A DNA stretch of 41,371 bases, taken from a virus. A program made the translations under genes and the position numbers. The stretch's first letter is position 1, and each line of letters begins with the position of its first letter. The notes under the pieces were generated by a model. It saw nothing but the letters and a program-made list of their open reading frames with translations. It ran no database searches and was not told the DNA's origin. Positions 24,746 through 32,880 of this stretch are shown here, in pieces. Location: the IMG/VR virus record IMGVR_UViG_3300045988_035840. The stretch is one strand, 5' to 3'.

Positions 24746-25990
24746 TTAAAATTTCGCTCCGTTGTACTTGTATACGATGTTTCCCTCGCTGTCTCGTTCG
24801 TCAGCTGGCAACATTGCCCCTTCGAACATCTTGTATGGCGAGTGCGCTGCCTGCGGATTGTTCCAGCACCACTTCATGTAGTCGGCTGCGCTCATCGTGT
24901 AATACTTCGAGTACTTCTCTCTTGTTCCCAGGTTCATCGCCTTCTCAAGTCTCGCCCTCAAAAGGTTCTCTGCATCCAGCTTGATGTCGCTCCACCTCAC
25001 GTATCCCTTGCGCTTGCAAATGTTCAGTGCTTCGCACATCTGCCCCCTGCTGTAGTTCCACGTTGGCGGCAATCCGCAACAACTTCCGTTGTGGCAAAGT
25101 TCCTTGAAGTGTGCGTCCGATACATAAAAGCGCATTCCCAGCTGGTCGCACAGTTCCTTCATGTTCCTGAAGAACGGTTCTTTGACCTTGCGGTTCAGTC
25201 TCAGATAGCCGGACTGTACGCTGTACTTCTTGTAGAATGCGAGAATGTCGAAACCTGCCATCTTGCTGATGGTAGGCAACAATTCCCTCAATGTCGGGCT
25301 TCTCGTTTCGAGACAGAAGAATTCGGTGCTCAAAGCTGTAGCCCCTCTGTTGAATGCTTCCTTGATAAGGTCGAGGTACGTTGGCGTGCTCACTCCGATG
25401 ATGAAGGGTCTCAGTCTCAGCGTTGCACCTCCTGCCCCTGCATTGGCGATGCGCTCGATGGCTTCCAGTCTTGCTTGTGGGCTTTCCACCCCTCGCTCTA
25501 TTACTCTAGCCTTCTCTGCATCGCTGGTGATAATTGAGAACTTGAAGTTCCAGTTCTTCTGCCCTCTGATCAAGTCCATGTATCGCTCATCTTTGGTGAA
25601 CCATGCACCCTTGGTCGAGAAGCAAAGCGGATAGTCTATATCCTTGAAGAAGCGCAAAAGTTCCAGTGTCGTTCCGTACTTACGTTCGAAGTTGTCGAAC
25701 TGGTCGCTCATGCTTCCCCACTGCATAACCTTTCGAGCCTTGATGTATGGCGCAAAGTCTCCACCGTGCTTGTCGGGGTCAATGAACATTCGTTTGATGC
25801 GTTCAACGCTCACGTCCTTAACCTCCTTGTGCAGGTATTCCTTCTTCTTGCTGCCAATACCTCGCTGGTTCTGAGCAAAGCAATACATACAGCCAAAGCT
25901 GCAATTATTGTAAGTATCAAAAGCCATTGGCATTGAGCAGTCGGGAAACTCGTATGTTATTCTTGGCGTGTTGCCATAATGTTCTGCCAT
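24746..25990 (-). CDS. Radical SAM enzyme, SplB/COG1533-like ('DNA repair photolyase' family), 414 aa
   Basis: DTYNNCSFGCMYCFAQ contains the CxxxCxxC cluster in the D.Y..C..gC.YC(Y/F)A context of the spore-photoproduct-lyase-like clade. It starts 4 nt after the stop of the P-loop gene. Confidence 0.7.
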   Translation of the reverse strand: MAEHYGNTPRITYEFPDCSMPMAFDTYNNCSFGCMYCFAQNQRGIGSKKKEYLHKEVKDVSVERIKRMFIDPDKHGGDFAPYIKARKVMQWGSMSDQFDNFERKYGTTLELLRFFKDIDYPLCFSTKGAWFTKDERYMDLIRGQKNWNFKFSIITSDAEKARVIERGVESPQARLEAIERIANAGAGGATLRLRPFIIGVSTPTYLDLIKEAFNRGATALSTEFFCLETRSPTLRELLPTISKMAGFDILAFYKKYSVQSGYLRLNRKVKEPFFRNMKELCDQLGMRFYVSDAHFKELCHNGSCCGLPPTWNYSRGQMCEALNICKRKGYVRWSDIKLDAENLLRARLEKAMNLGTREKYSKYYTMSAADYMKWCWNNPQAAHSPYKMFEGAMLPADERDSEGNIVYKYNGAKF

Positions 25991-25994
25991 ATCC

Positions 25995-26525
25995 TCATGA
26001 ATTTATTTTGTTGATGATAAAGTCTGCGATTCGGTCTGCTGTCTGCTTCGTGGTGTCTATCGCTACAACGTCACAACCCGCAGTTTGCCATTTCTTTGCC
26101 GAGTGTGCCGATTCTCGCTGTCCCCGGATAATATCCTTGCTCAACGTTCCGTTCGACCGTTCTGCGAGCCTTTTTTGGATTTCTTCGAGTGGTGCGTATA
26201 AGAAGATTACAATCTGTCTGTCCGCATTGAACATTGCGTGCGTCAAGTTCGGACCCCAGCATTTAAGTCTCATCCCTTCGCAAATGATGCAGTCGGTGCT
26301 CTCCAGTGCCTTCTTCACGATGTCACGAAGTATGGTCGTACCGTTCAGATTGTCAACACCTCCGTACTTAACATCGTATCGCCCTGCAAATGCAACTCCA
26401 TCCCTGGTGCTGCTTATTCCGTTCGAATAGCTTTCGATTCCACCAAAGCTTTCTATCAGCTTTCGGGCAACGGTGCTCTTTCCGCTGGCGTTGGTTCCAA
26501 TGATAAAAACACAAGTCTTTCTCAT
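25995..26525 (-). CDS. P-loop NTPase / small-molecule or nucleotide kinase-like protein (176 aa)
   Basis: Walker A motif IIGTNASGKST at residues 8-18. Its size and layout resemble AAA_33/zeta-type kinases. Confidence 0.65.
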   Translation of the reverse strand: MRKTCVFIIGTNASGKSTVARKLIESFGGIESYSNGISSTRDGVAFAGRYDVKYGGVDNLNGTTILRDIVKKALESTDCIICEGMRLKCWGPNLTHAMFNADRQIVIFLYAPLEEIQKRLAERSNGTLSKDIIRGQRESAHSAKKWQTAGCDVVAIDTTKQTADRIADFIINKINS

Positions 26526-26630
26526 ATTCGAGTTATTTTTGTTAAATTTCGCCTCTGCCGGATTGAATTGTTCAGAGCGGATAGTTTATCCATTTCAAAC
26601 GTTTCTCCGACTTAAACGCTAAATTTCCGA

Positions 26631-27272
26631 CTATTCGGTTTTTTCTTTGAGTTCGTCCACATCAAAGTTGCGCTTCTCGATTGCGTCAAGTCCCAGCATA
26701 TCTGCCACGGCTTGTGCGTCCTCGCTGCGGTAAACGATGATGATGCGCTGTTCTTCGTCCTCTGCTGGTTCGTAGGTCGTGGCTTCCTGCTGGATTTCCC
26801 AGGGGTTCAATCCCCATCGCTGCATATCGTCAACGTCAAATGCTCCCTTTAGCTTCTCTTCATCCCAGCTGCCAAAATAGACGTTATCCTTGATGATGAA
26901 CTCGTCCGTCTCTTCCTCGGATAGGCTGTCAGCCATAACGACCTCGACCTTTGGTTCTGCCTTCCACTTCTCCCAGTGGCTGCAAAGCTGCTGCTTCTCT
27001 CCATCGGTCAGTTTCACGGCAACGGTCTCTATTGCGTTCTTGATAGCTTCGTCTTCCATCTGCTCGATGTTGAGCAGGGCACGGAAGCGCATGTTTCCTC
27101 CGAGGATAACTCGGTTCTCATTACAGACGATTGGTCTCATCTGCAACATCTTTGGAAACGTCAGAATACTCTCAACGAGTTTCTGCATCTGCTGTGGCTC
27201 AATGCTGCGTGGGTTGTCTTGGTTCTCCACCAGGTCGTGCAGGTTGATGTTCTCGATTTTATTCTTCTCCAT
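26631..27272 (-). CDS. ParB/Srx-fold N-terminal domain protein, paralogue B (213 aa)
   Basis: Motifs ENQDNPRSI, RPIVCNENRVILGGNMRFRAL, IIKDNVYFGSWD and WGLNPW. It is a clear paralogue of 27259..28032 and overlaps it by 14 nt. Confidence 0.7.
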   Translation of the reverse strand: MEKNKIENINLHDLVENQDNPRSIEPQQMQKLVESILTFPKMLQMRPIVCNENRVILGGNMRFRALLNIEQMEDEAIKNAIETVAVKLTDGEKQQLCSHWEKWKAEPKVEVVMADSLSEEETDEFIIKDNVYFGSWDEEKLKGAFDVDDMQRWGLNPWEIQQEATTYEPAEDEEQRIIIVYRSEDAQAVADMLGLDAIEKRNFDVDELKEKTE

Positions 27273-28032
27273 TGTCTTCCTCCTTTCCTTCTTGTCTTGG
27301 TTTCAGTTCGTCAAAGTTCCAGACGATGCGGTCGATATGATCAACTCCCAGAAGCTTGGCAAGGAATGGCTCATCGGCTGGCTTGTAGTGAATGATTACG
27401 TTCTCACGTGGCAAAACGCCATCGCCCATTATCGTTGGCAAGTCGTCAGGAGTTAAGTCTTGCCCTTCGATTTCAGGAGGTAGTTCCCCTGCGAATGGGT
27501 CGCCCTCTTGGTCGTCCTTGTCTTTCTTCTTGCACTTGCTGGTGCTGCTTGCTTCCACTGGTGCTGGGTTCCAGACTGGCATACCCCAGTTCTGAAGCTG
27601 TGCGCTGTCCCATCGGTTCGCAAGGTCGTTGAAGTCCCAGTTGCCGAAGGATAGGTTGTCTTTAATCATAAACTCCTGCTTTTGTGCTTCTGTCAAGTCT
27701 GATGCGCTCACCACGGTAACTGTTGGCTGCTGCTGCCATCCCTGCCAATACTCCATCAATACGGCTTGCTCCTCATCGGACAGACGCTGCTCTGCATCCA
27801 GCTTTACTTGAATGCTTGCTTCGTCCATCGTGACAATGTGCTGCAAGGCTTTCAGTCTCATGTTGCCACCCAATGCGTGGAAGGTCTCATCAACAACAAT
27901 CGGGCGCAGGGTCAACATTCTTGGGAACACAATGATGCTCTGCACAAGCTTCTGAAAGTTCGCTTGACTTATCTCTCTAGGGTTCGCCTCATTCTCGCTG
28001 ACCCTCGATAGTGCGATTTCTTCTGTTTTCAT
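27259..28032 (-). CDS. ParB/Srx-fold N-terminal domain protein, paralogue A (257 aa)
   Basis: Motifs ENEANPREI, RPIVVDETFHALGGNMRLKAL, MIKDNLSFGNWD and WGMPVW, with an acidic C-terminus. It is the first gene after promoter P3. Confidence 0.7.
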   Translation of the reverse strand: MKTEEIALSRVSENEANPREISQANFQKLVQSIIVFPRMLTLRPIVVDETFHALGGNMRLKALQHIVTMDEASIQVKLDAEQRLSDEEQAVLMEYWQGWQQQPTVTVVSASDLTEAQKQEFMIKDNLSFGNWDFNDLANRWDSAQLQNWGMPVWNPAPVEASSTSKCKKKDKDDQEGDPFAGELPPEIEGQDLTPDDLPTIMGDGVLPRENVIIHYKPADEPFLAKLLGVDHIDRIVWNFDELKPRQEGKEEDNGEE

Positions 28033-28059
28033 TTTCTTCTTGTTTTAAGTTCGAAATAC

Positions 28060-28091
28060 GTGCTTATCTGATAAACACTGGCGCAAAGATA
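28060..28091 (-). promoter_or_regulatory. Promoter P3 -7 box plus operator-like dyad, ahead of the ParB/rSAM/terminase operon
   Basis: Minus-strand TATCTTTG (plus 28084-28091), a 5-nt gap, then the dyad GTGCTTATCTGATAAACAC (28060-28078, 9+1+9 with one arm mismatch). No clear TTTG at -33. Confidence 0.5.
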
Positions 28092-28165
28092 CTACTTTTT
28101 TGCTTTAGTTGTTTGTTCTTTGCACACTTTTAACTTTTTCCAACACTTCGTTTTTATCTTATCCA

Positions 28166-28702
28166 TCAAAGGGCTCTGATGGTCTTTTGCAGGGTTGTCT
28201 GCGGTTTCTTCGGCTTCACTCTGACCTTGTATCCTGCGCATACCCATGCGAGGAGAAGTGCGTCTCTCTGGTCTTGGTTCATTCTCGGCATCTTTTCTCC
28301 TGCGCTTACAAAATAAGCAAGTTCGTCTTGCGTGATTTTTCCGTCTTTACCCTTCCAGCACTTCTTTAGTGGCTTGACGATTTCGCAGGGGATATTGTAA
28401 TGTTTACAGCACTCAACAATCAAGATTCCGGTCTGATGGTTCATTCCGGTAGAGCGTCCGATTGCTGCTGCCTTGACTGCTGTCATGAACCGATTAAGCA
28501 CATGCCAGTTGCTTTTGTTGAGCCAGCCGCCTTCAATAACGACCTTAATCTTTTTGCAACTCTCGTTCATAGCCTTGAGGTAATCTATCAAAGCTGGGAA
28601 GTTCATCTTATAAGCGAGAAACTTCTTGTCGTCAAAGACTGCTCCAACTCCGCTTTCCAGGTTGTCGGGGTCGATTCCGATTATAACTGTTCCTTTTTCC
28701 AT
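28166..28702 (-). CDS. RuvC-like Holliday junction resolvase (178 aa from the ATG at 28702)
   Basis: IIGIDPD near the N-terminus, VVIEGGW, and QDQRDALLLAW near the C-terminus match the RNase H-fold D-E-D-D layout of RuvC-type resolvases. The track ORF extends to 28783. Confidence 0.65.
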   Translation of the reverse strand: MEKGTVIIGIDPDNLESGVGAVFDDKKFLAYKMNFPALIDYLKAMNESCKKIKVVIEGGWLNKSNWHVLNRFMTAVKAAAIGRSTGMNHQTGILIVECCKHYNIPCEIVKPLKKCWKGKDGKITQDELAYFVSAGEKMPRMNQDQRDALLLAWVCAGYKVRVKPKKPQTTLQKTIRAL

Positions 28703-28787
28703 TTTTTCTTTAAAGTACTTATTTTGTTCAAATTTCACGCATAAGCGTTTATTTTGTTTTGCTGGTGTAGTTTTACGCAACACCCTT

Positions 28788-28852
28788 TACGTGCGCATAT
28801 ACGTGCGCACATGCGTTATTATCCCTATCTTTCCCCTACCCCTTTCTTTCCC
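28788..28852. repeat. Tandem TACGTGCGCA x2 (28788-28797, 28800-28809) followed by a C-run block that is a G-quadruplex-type motif on the minus strand
   Basis: C-runs at 28823-25, 28833-36, 28839-42 and 28850-52, with loops of 7, 2 and 7 nt. The core CCCCTACCCCTTT also occurs at 2624-2637. Confidence 0.6.
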
Positions 28853-29164
28853 TTCTTTTCGGTTGCGATAGAGAAAGCTGGCAGGGATTCCGGAAGTTGT
28901 GCCTGCGCTTGCAAAATAAATGAATAACAAAATGTATATGTTGCAGGGTTCTTCCTTCTTCCACCGCCAGCCGAATGAATAAAAGCATAATTTCTAACGA
29001 TTTCTTTTTCTTACTTCTTCATGTACCACCTCGCTTTCTTTGTTTGTTGTCAGACTTCGGGAGATGCGTTTCCGGCTCTATATTTTTTCAAGAAATGTTA
29101 TAAGATTTTTACTGAAGAGCCTATCTCCTTCTGTCCTCGCTGGTTAAAAACTCTATTATTGAAC

Positions 29165-29461
29165 TCACGACCGATTATTCTTTTTGTTTTCTAGCAGCCA
29201 TGCCAGATGCGCTGCCTGCTGCGGATTCTTGAACATGGAAAGAGCCTTCTCTACGTCCGGCTTCTTCCTCTCACGCATCGCTCTGTCAGCTACCCGGTTC
29301 TTAGTACCGTAGTTTCTATAGTGCTTACTCCAGTACTCCTTTTGATACGCCCGGTATTTTTCCCGGTTTCTCTTTCGCCACTCTTTCGTGGCTCTGAGGA
29401 TCTGTTCCCGGTGCTCCTGGTAGTACGTTCTGTTCTTCTCCCTTGTTGCGAAATCGCTCAT
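29165..29461 (-). CDS. Basic helical protein (98 aa from the ATG at 29461)
   Basis: Arg/Lys/Tyr-rich repeats (TYYQEHREQILRATKEWRKRNREKYRAYQKEYW). The track start at 29470 is a TTG. Confidence 0.55.
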   Translation of the reverse strand: MSDFATREKNRTYYQEHREQILRATKEWRKRNREKYRAYQKEYWSKHYRNYGTKNRVADRAMRERKKPDVEKALSMFKNPQQAAHLAWLLENKKNNRS

Positions 29462-29577
29462 TGCATTCAAGTATTACCTGATGTTCTACATATTGCTTGC
29501 GTGCCGGGCAGTATATGCCATTTAAGCAGTTTCGCCCGGTATCGCAAGCCTTGCATAATTCACTCGCCATACGTCCA

Positions 29578-30861
29578 CTAGAATGGGTCTGACGTGAAGG
29601 TGAGGTGCTCATTGCCCTCGAATGGGATGCAGAAGGCGAAGTCCGCTACTTTTCCGCTTTGGATGGGCAAGACATTATATCTATAAATTGCTCCCTCTCC
29701 ACGGTCACTAACAAAGAAGGCTGGCTGCCAATTGTATTCCTCTCCATTACTCACCAGCACCTTGTCGAAGGTCTTGAAGGCTGACTGCTCCTCGCTCTTC
29801 TTTTCCTTGCTCTTCTCCCATAGGTAATAAGCCTCTCGGAACGTGCAATATTCGTCATCTGTTGCTTCTCGCAGTTCCTTGTTAACGCTGATACGCAGGT
29901 CGAAGGTTTGGTCGGTCACGAACTTCTCGTTCTCGATTTCGTACTGGTTGCCGAATGTCAGCGTATCTTCGCTTTCGTTCTTGTCGATGAGTTTACCGAT
30001 GATTGTCAACTCTCCGTCCTCGTCTTCCTCTTTGAAAACGTAGAGTTTGCCGATTTCAAACGCTGGCTTCAAGTCCACAATCTGTTTCTTCTCAATATCC
30101 CAGCGTTTGCCTTTCTTTTCTAGAGCTGAGAAGAGCTGTTCTTTCTCTTCTTCTGTGGCAAGGCGAATTTCTACGATACTTTCTTTGCATATTTTTAATT
30201 TACCAGAGGTATCTAATTTCTGCGTTCTAGGGACTAGTGAAACGTGGTCAAATAAGTCACCATTCTTTTTAGAGTATTTAAAGATTTCAATAAAATTATC
30301 GCCCTGGCATTTTACAAACAAAACATCTCCCTCCTTGAACTCAGGCTGAGGTTTCTCAATCTCCAGAGTTTCACGGTTCAACTTACCACCAAATCGCTCT
30401 TCGATTTCTGTTACATAAATTTCAGAATCTGCACGGTTCAATTTTTGGAAGGTATTTGTAGAAAGATTACCTTCGTTCTGATACCATTTGTCTTCATAAC
30501 AATCATGCGCAAACTTTCCCTTAAAAGCTCGGTAAGTGTTGTCCTCAAAACAATCAAAGATTGTATAGTACGGCTTCTTTCCTTCGTAACAAATAAGCAC
30601 GTCTCCCTTCTTGAAGAACTTGCTCCAGTCTCTCATTTCCTTTGATGGGAAAAGCAGGACTTCTCCTTCTTTATAGATTTTTCCGTTCTTGTCGAAAAAG
30701 TGTTCTCTTCCAGCTTCGTCCTCAGTCCAGATTGCTTTCGCACTGTCCTTGTCGTTTGCCATTCCACTGTGCCACACCCTTCCGCATTTTGGCGTGTACA
30801 ACTCTGTACCATACTCTTCATCTTTGAGTATCTCATAAATATCAATATCTTTCTGTTCCAT
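29578..30861 (-). CDS. Repeat-containing hypothetical protein (427 aa)
   Basis: Four or more internal modules each begin with an F(K/E).GD.(V/L)-type motif (FKKGDVLICYEG, FKEGDVLFVKCQG, FEIGKLYVFKEE, FKTFDKVLVSNG). Looks AT-rich by eye. Confidence 0.65.
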   Translation of the reverse strand: MEQKDIDIYEILKDEEYGTELYTPKCGRVWHSGMANDKDSAKAIWTEDEAGREHFFDKNGKIYKEGEVLLFPSKEMRDWSKFFKKGDVLICYEGKKPYYTIFDCFEDNTYRAFKGKFAHDCYEDKWYQNEGNLSTNTFQKLNRADSEIYVTEIEERFGGKLNRETLEIEKPQPEFKEGDVLFVKCQGDNFIEIFKYSKKNGDLFDHVSLVPRTQKLDTSGKLKICKESIVEIRLATEEEKEQLFSALEKKGKRWDIEKKQIVDLKPAFEIGKLYVFKEEDEDGELTIIGKLIDKNESEDTLTFGNQYEIENEKFVTDQTFDLRISVNKELREATDDEYCTFREAYYLWEKSKEKKSEEQSAFKTFDKVLVSNGEEYNWQPAFFVSDRGEGAIYRYNVLPIQSGKVADFAFCIPFEGNEHLTFTSDPF

Positions 30862-30881
30862 TGTCTGAATGTTTTTATTGT

Positions 30882-31007
30882 TTATAACTTAACGTGTCCG
30901 AGTTTAAAATAAAGTTCCAGCAGTTCCTTGGTATTGAGCCAGAAATCGGTGTTGCCAACGTATACGTGATGTCGGTGTTCGTCCGTGATGATTTCTATCT
31001 TTTTCAT
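30882..31007 (-). CDS. Small ORF (41 aa), absent from the ORF track
   Basis: Hand translation gives MKKIEIITDEHRHHVYVGNTDFWLNTKELLELYFKLGHVKL. Its ATG is 6 nt after the upstream stop, and its stop is 20 nt before the next ATG. Confidence 0.45.
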   Translation of the reverse strand: MKKIEIITDEHRHHVYVGNTDFWLNTKELLELYFKLGHVKL

Positions 31008-31013
31008 ATTTTT

Positions 31014-31508
31014 TTATTTAAAAAGTTCCTGCTGTGGATGAATGATGTCTGCTCGCTTCTTCTTAGCTGCCCAGAGAAGTAGGTTGGTGTTCTTGGTTCC
31101 AGCATTCTTCCCGAGGTATTTGATGATGTAGGTCAGAGCATCTTGAACCGCTTCTTTCTCATTACCGTAGAAGATGCCGAGATCGTCATATCTGCTCGGG
31201 TAGCCAACCGGACAAATATTACACTCGGTATTTCCGTTCTGAATATCGCACCCCCATATCCAGCCGAACTGGGTGTTGGCGGTCATTACCTTCCATCCCC
31301 AGTTGTCTGCACCCTCTACGGCATACTCGATTATGTGCGGATTGATGCAAGTATCATTAATGTTGTATTGGAAGCCTTCATGCTCTGCGACCGGCTTCTT
31401 GATGTCGTAGCTGTTATCAGTCAGCCATTTGAACCAGTCGTCTGAGGTCTTGAATACAAGCCCTGCGGCTCTGCATTCGTGGAAAAACAACTCATTCATG
31501 GCTTTCAA
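31014..31508 (-). CDS. Hypothetical protein (164 aa)
   Basis: ATG ORF, Trp- and Cys-containing. No family recognised. Confidence 0.6.
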   Translation of the reverse strand: MKAMNELFFHECRAAGLVFKTSDDWFKWLTDNSYDIKKPVAEHEGFQYNINDTCINPHIIEYAVEGADNWGWKVMTANTQFGWIWGCDIQNGNTECNICPVGYPSRYDDLGIFYGNEKEAVQDALTYIIKYLGKNAGTKNTNLLLWAAKKKRADIIHPQQELFK

Positions 31509-31716
31509 TCTCTATAAAGTGACAATCTCCGCATAATGCACAAGCACAATACTCGCCCAGTTCCTCGGCATCAAGGGCACACACATTGCAACCACTTTCG
31601 TCACAAGTATCATTCTTAACTTTGAGAACCTTGCCTTCTACATTCAGAAGCGTACCTTCCTCGAAATCCTTGGCTATTTCATACGGTTCATTAATTACAA
31701 TTACTTCTTTTGCCAT
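31492..31716 (-). CDS. Small Cys-rich (putative zinc-binding) protein (74 aa)
   Basis: CDESGCNVC ... CACALCGDC contains seven Cys in CxxxxCxxC and CxCxxCxxC spacing. Confidence 0.55.
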   Translation of the reverse strand: MAKEVIVINEPYEIAKDFEEGTLLNVEGKVLKVKNDTCDESGCNVCALDAEELGEYCACALCGDCHFIEIESHE

Positions 31717-31812
31717 AATTCTTTTGTTTTAAGTGTTTAAAATCTGTTTGCCTTATAATTTACCGCCCGAAGCGTGAAAACGTCCCAGAGCGGCTATTTT
31801 TGCCCTCATTCG

Positions 31813-32874
31813 TTATTTTTCGGGCTTCCAGTCGATGCCCAGCCGTTGAAGAACTCCACGTTCGTAATATCTTGTCAGCGAATCCTTTGCAGGCTTGTTG
31901 TTCGGGTTCTTCTTAAGGTCTTCGAGGTTCTGCTGGATTACCCACCGGAACTTGCTGTCTTGGCTCTGCTGGCTCGCTGGCTGCTGGTGCTTGGCTTGCT
32001 CGTAGAGTTCCCCGATGCTCGGACGTGCTGTTGCCGCAGGATCCTGCGCCTTGACTGCTGCCGATTGCGGCTGCTGGCTTGTGGCTGGCTCGTTGTTAAA
32101 GTTGCCTTCCAGCACCTTTGCAAAGTTCTGCTCATTGCCGAATATCCAATCAAACTTTCCGAGCCACCCATGCTTGTTGTTTCCGTTCATGAAGTCAGAT
32201 GCCATCGCAATGTCAATTACCCGGTACAGAGTTTTCACGTCTCCCTTGCATTGACGAACCCTTGCCTTGACCATCACCTTGCGGTTCTCGGTCATGAGCG
32301 TAATAGGCGGCATCGCACTCTTCGTTTCATTATGCTTGCGGTTCCAGTATTCCTTTACGGCAGCGTAGTCTATCTTTTGAGATTTCGAACCCTTGCCGCC
32401 ACCGGGTGCTTCGGGCTTGACCGATGCACTCTGAATACCTTCTTTAGAAGGTTTATTATCTGTTTCTTTAGAAACATCATCTACATTATCATAAACATTA
32501 TCATTTACATATACATTATCATTATCATATAAGGTTTTTGAAAAAACCTCTTGGTTTTGTTTGGTTATTTCTGAAACCTCTTGGTTTTTATCTAAACCAA
32601 GAGGTTTTTGTTTATCCTCTTGGTTTTTTCTTGGTCTGCCACCCTTTTTGCCATTGGCTCGCCATCGTTCTACCTTCTCTTCATACTTGGCTTTATTCCG
32701 TTTCATATCGTCAACGATAAAACCGAAAGCCATACGCACGACTGGTTCGAGACTAATAGTCTCTCCATCCCTTGCGTAGAGAAATATCGCTCTCGTCAGT
32801 TGCCCGAGTTGTTCATCGGTCAGCCCCTCGATAAGAGCGTAGTATGATGTGTATAAGATGAATGAATCGTTCAT
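31813..32874 (-). CDS. Replication initiator / replisome-organiser-like protein (353 aa)
   Basis: The N-terminus FILYTSYYALIEGLTDEQLGQLTRAIFLYARDG and the C-terminus ITLMTENRKVMVKARV...FDWIFGNEQNFAKVLEGNF resemble conserved phage replication-protein end domains (from memory). The central linker is encoded by DNA repeats. Confidence 0.5.
   Translation of the reverse strand: MNDSFILYTSYYALIEGLTDEQLGQLTRAIFLYARDGETISLEPVVRMAFGFIVDDMKRNKAKYEEKVERWRANGKKGGRPRKNQEDKQKPLGLDKNQEVSEITKQNQEVFSKTLYDNDNVYVNDNVYDNVDDVSKETDNKPSKEGIQSASVKPEAPGGGKGSKSQKIDYAAVKEYWNRKHNETKSAMPPITLMTENRKVMVKARVRQCKGDVKTLYRVIDIAMASDFMNGNNKHGWLGKFDWIFGNEQNFAKVLEGNFNNEPATSQQPQSAAVKAQDPAATARPSIGELYEQAKHQQPASQQSQDSKFRWVIQQNLEDLKKNPNNKPAKDSLTRYYERGVLQRLGIDWKPEK
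32483..32627. repeat. Origin-like repeat block inside the replication gene
   Basis: ACATTATCAT x3 (32483, 32495, 32513) in an AT-rich stretch. Then CCTCTTGGTTT-type boxes at 32546-58, 32576-88, 32594-605 (inverted) and 32615-27. Boxes 2 and 3 form a 14-bp-arm palindrome. Confidence 0.55.
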
Positions 32875-32880
32875 GATGCT

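Noticed and set aside
28850-29164. A hidden protein gene or RNA gene in the long spacer
   Set aside because: The only ATG-initiated minus-strand reading frame I followed stops after 3 codons (MKK*). I could not draw a convincing tRNA-like or riboswitch-like fold by eye. The region is left as noncoding and flagged for RNA-seq.
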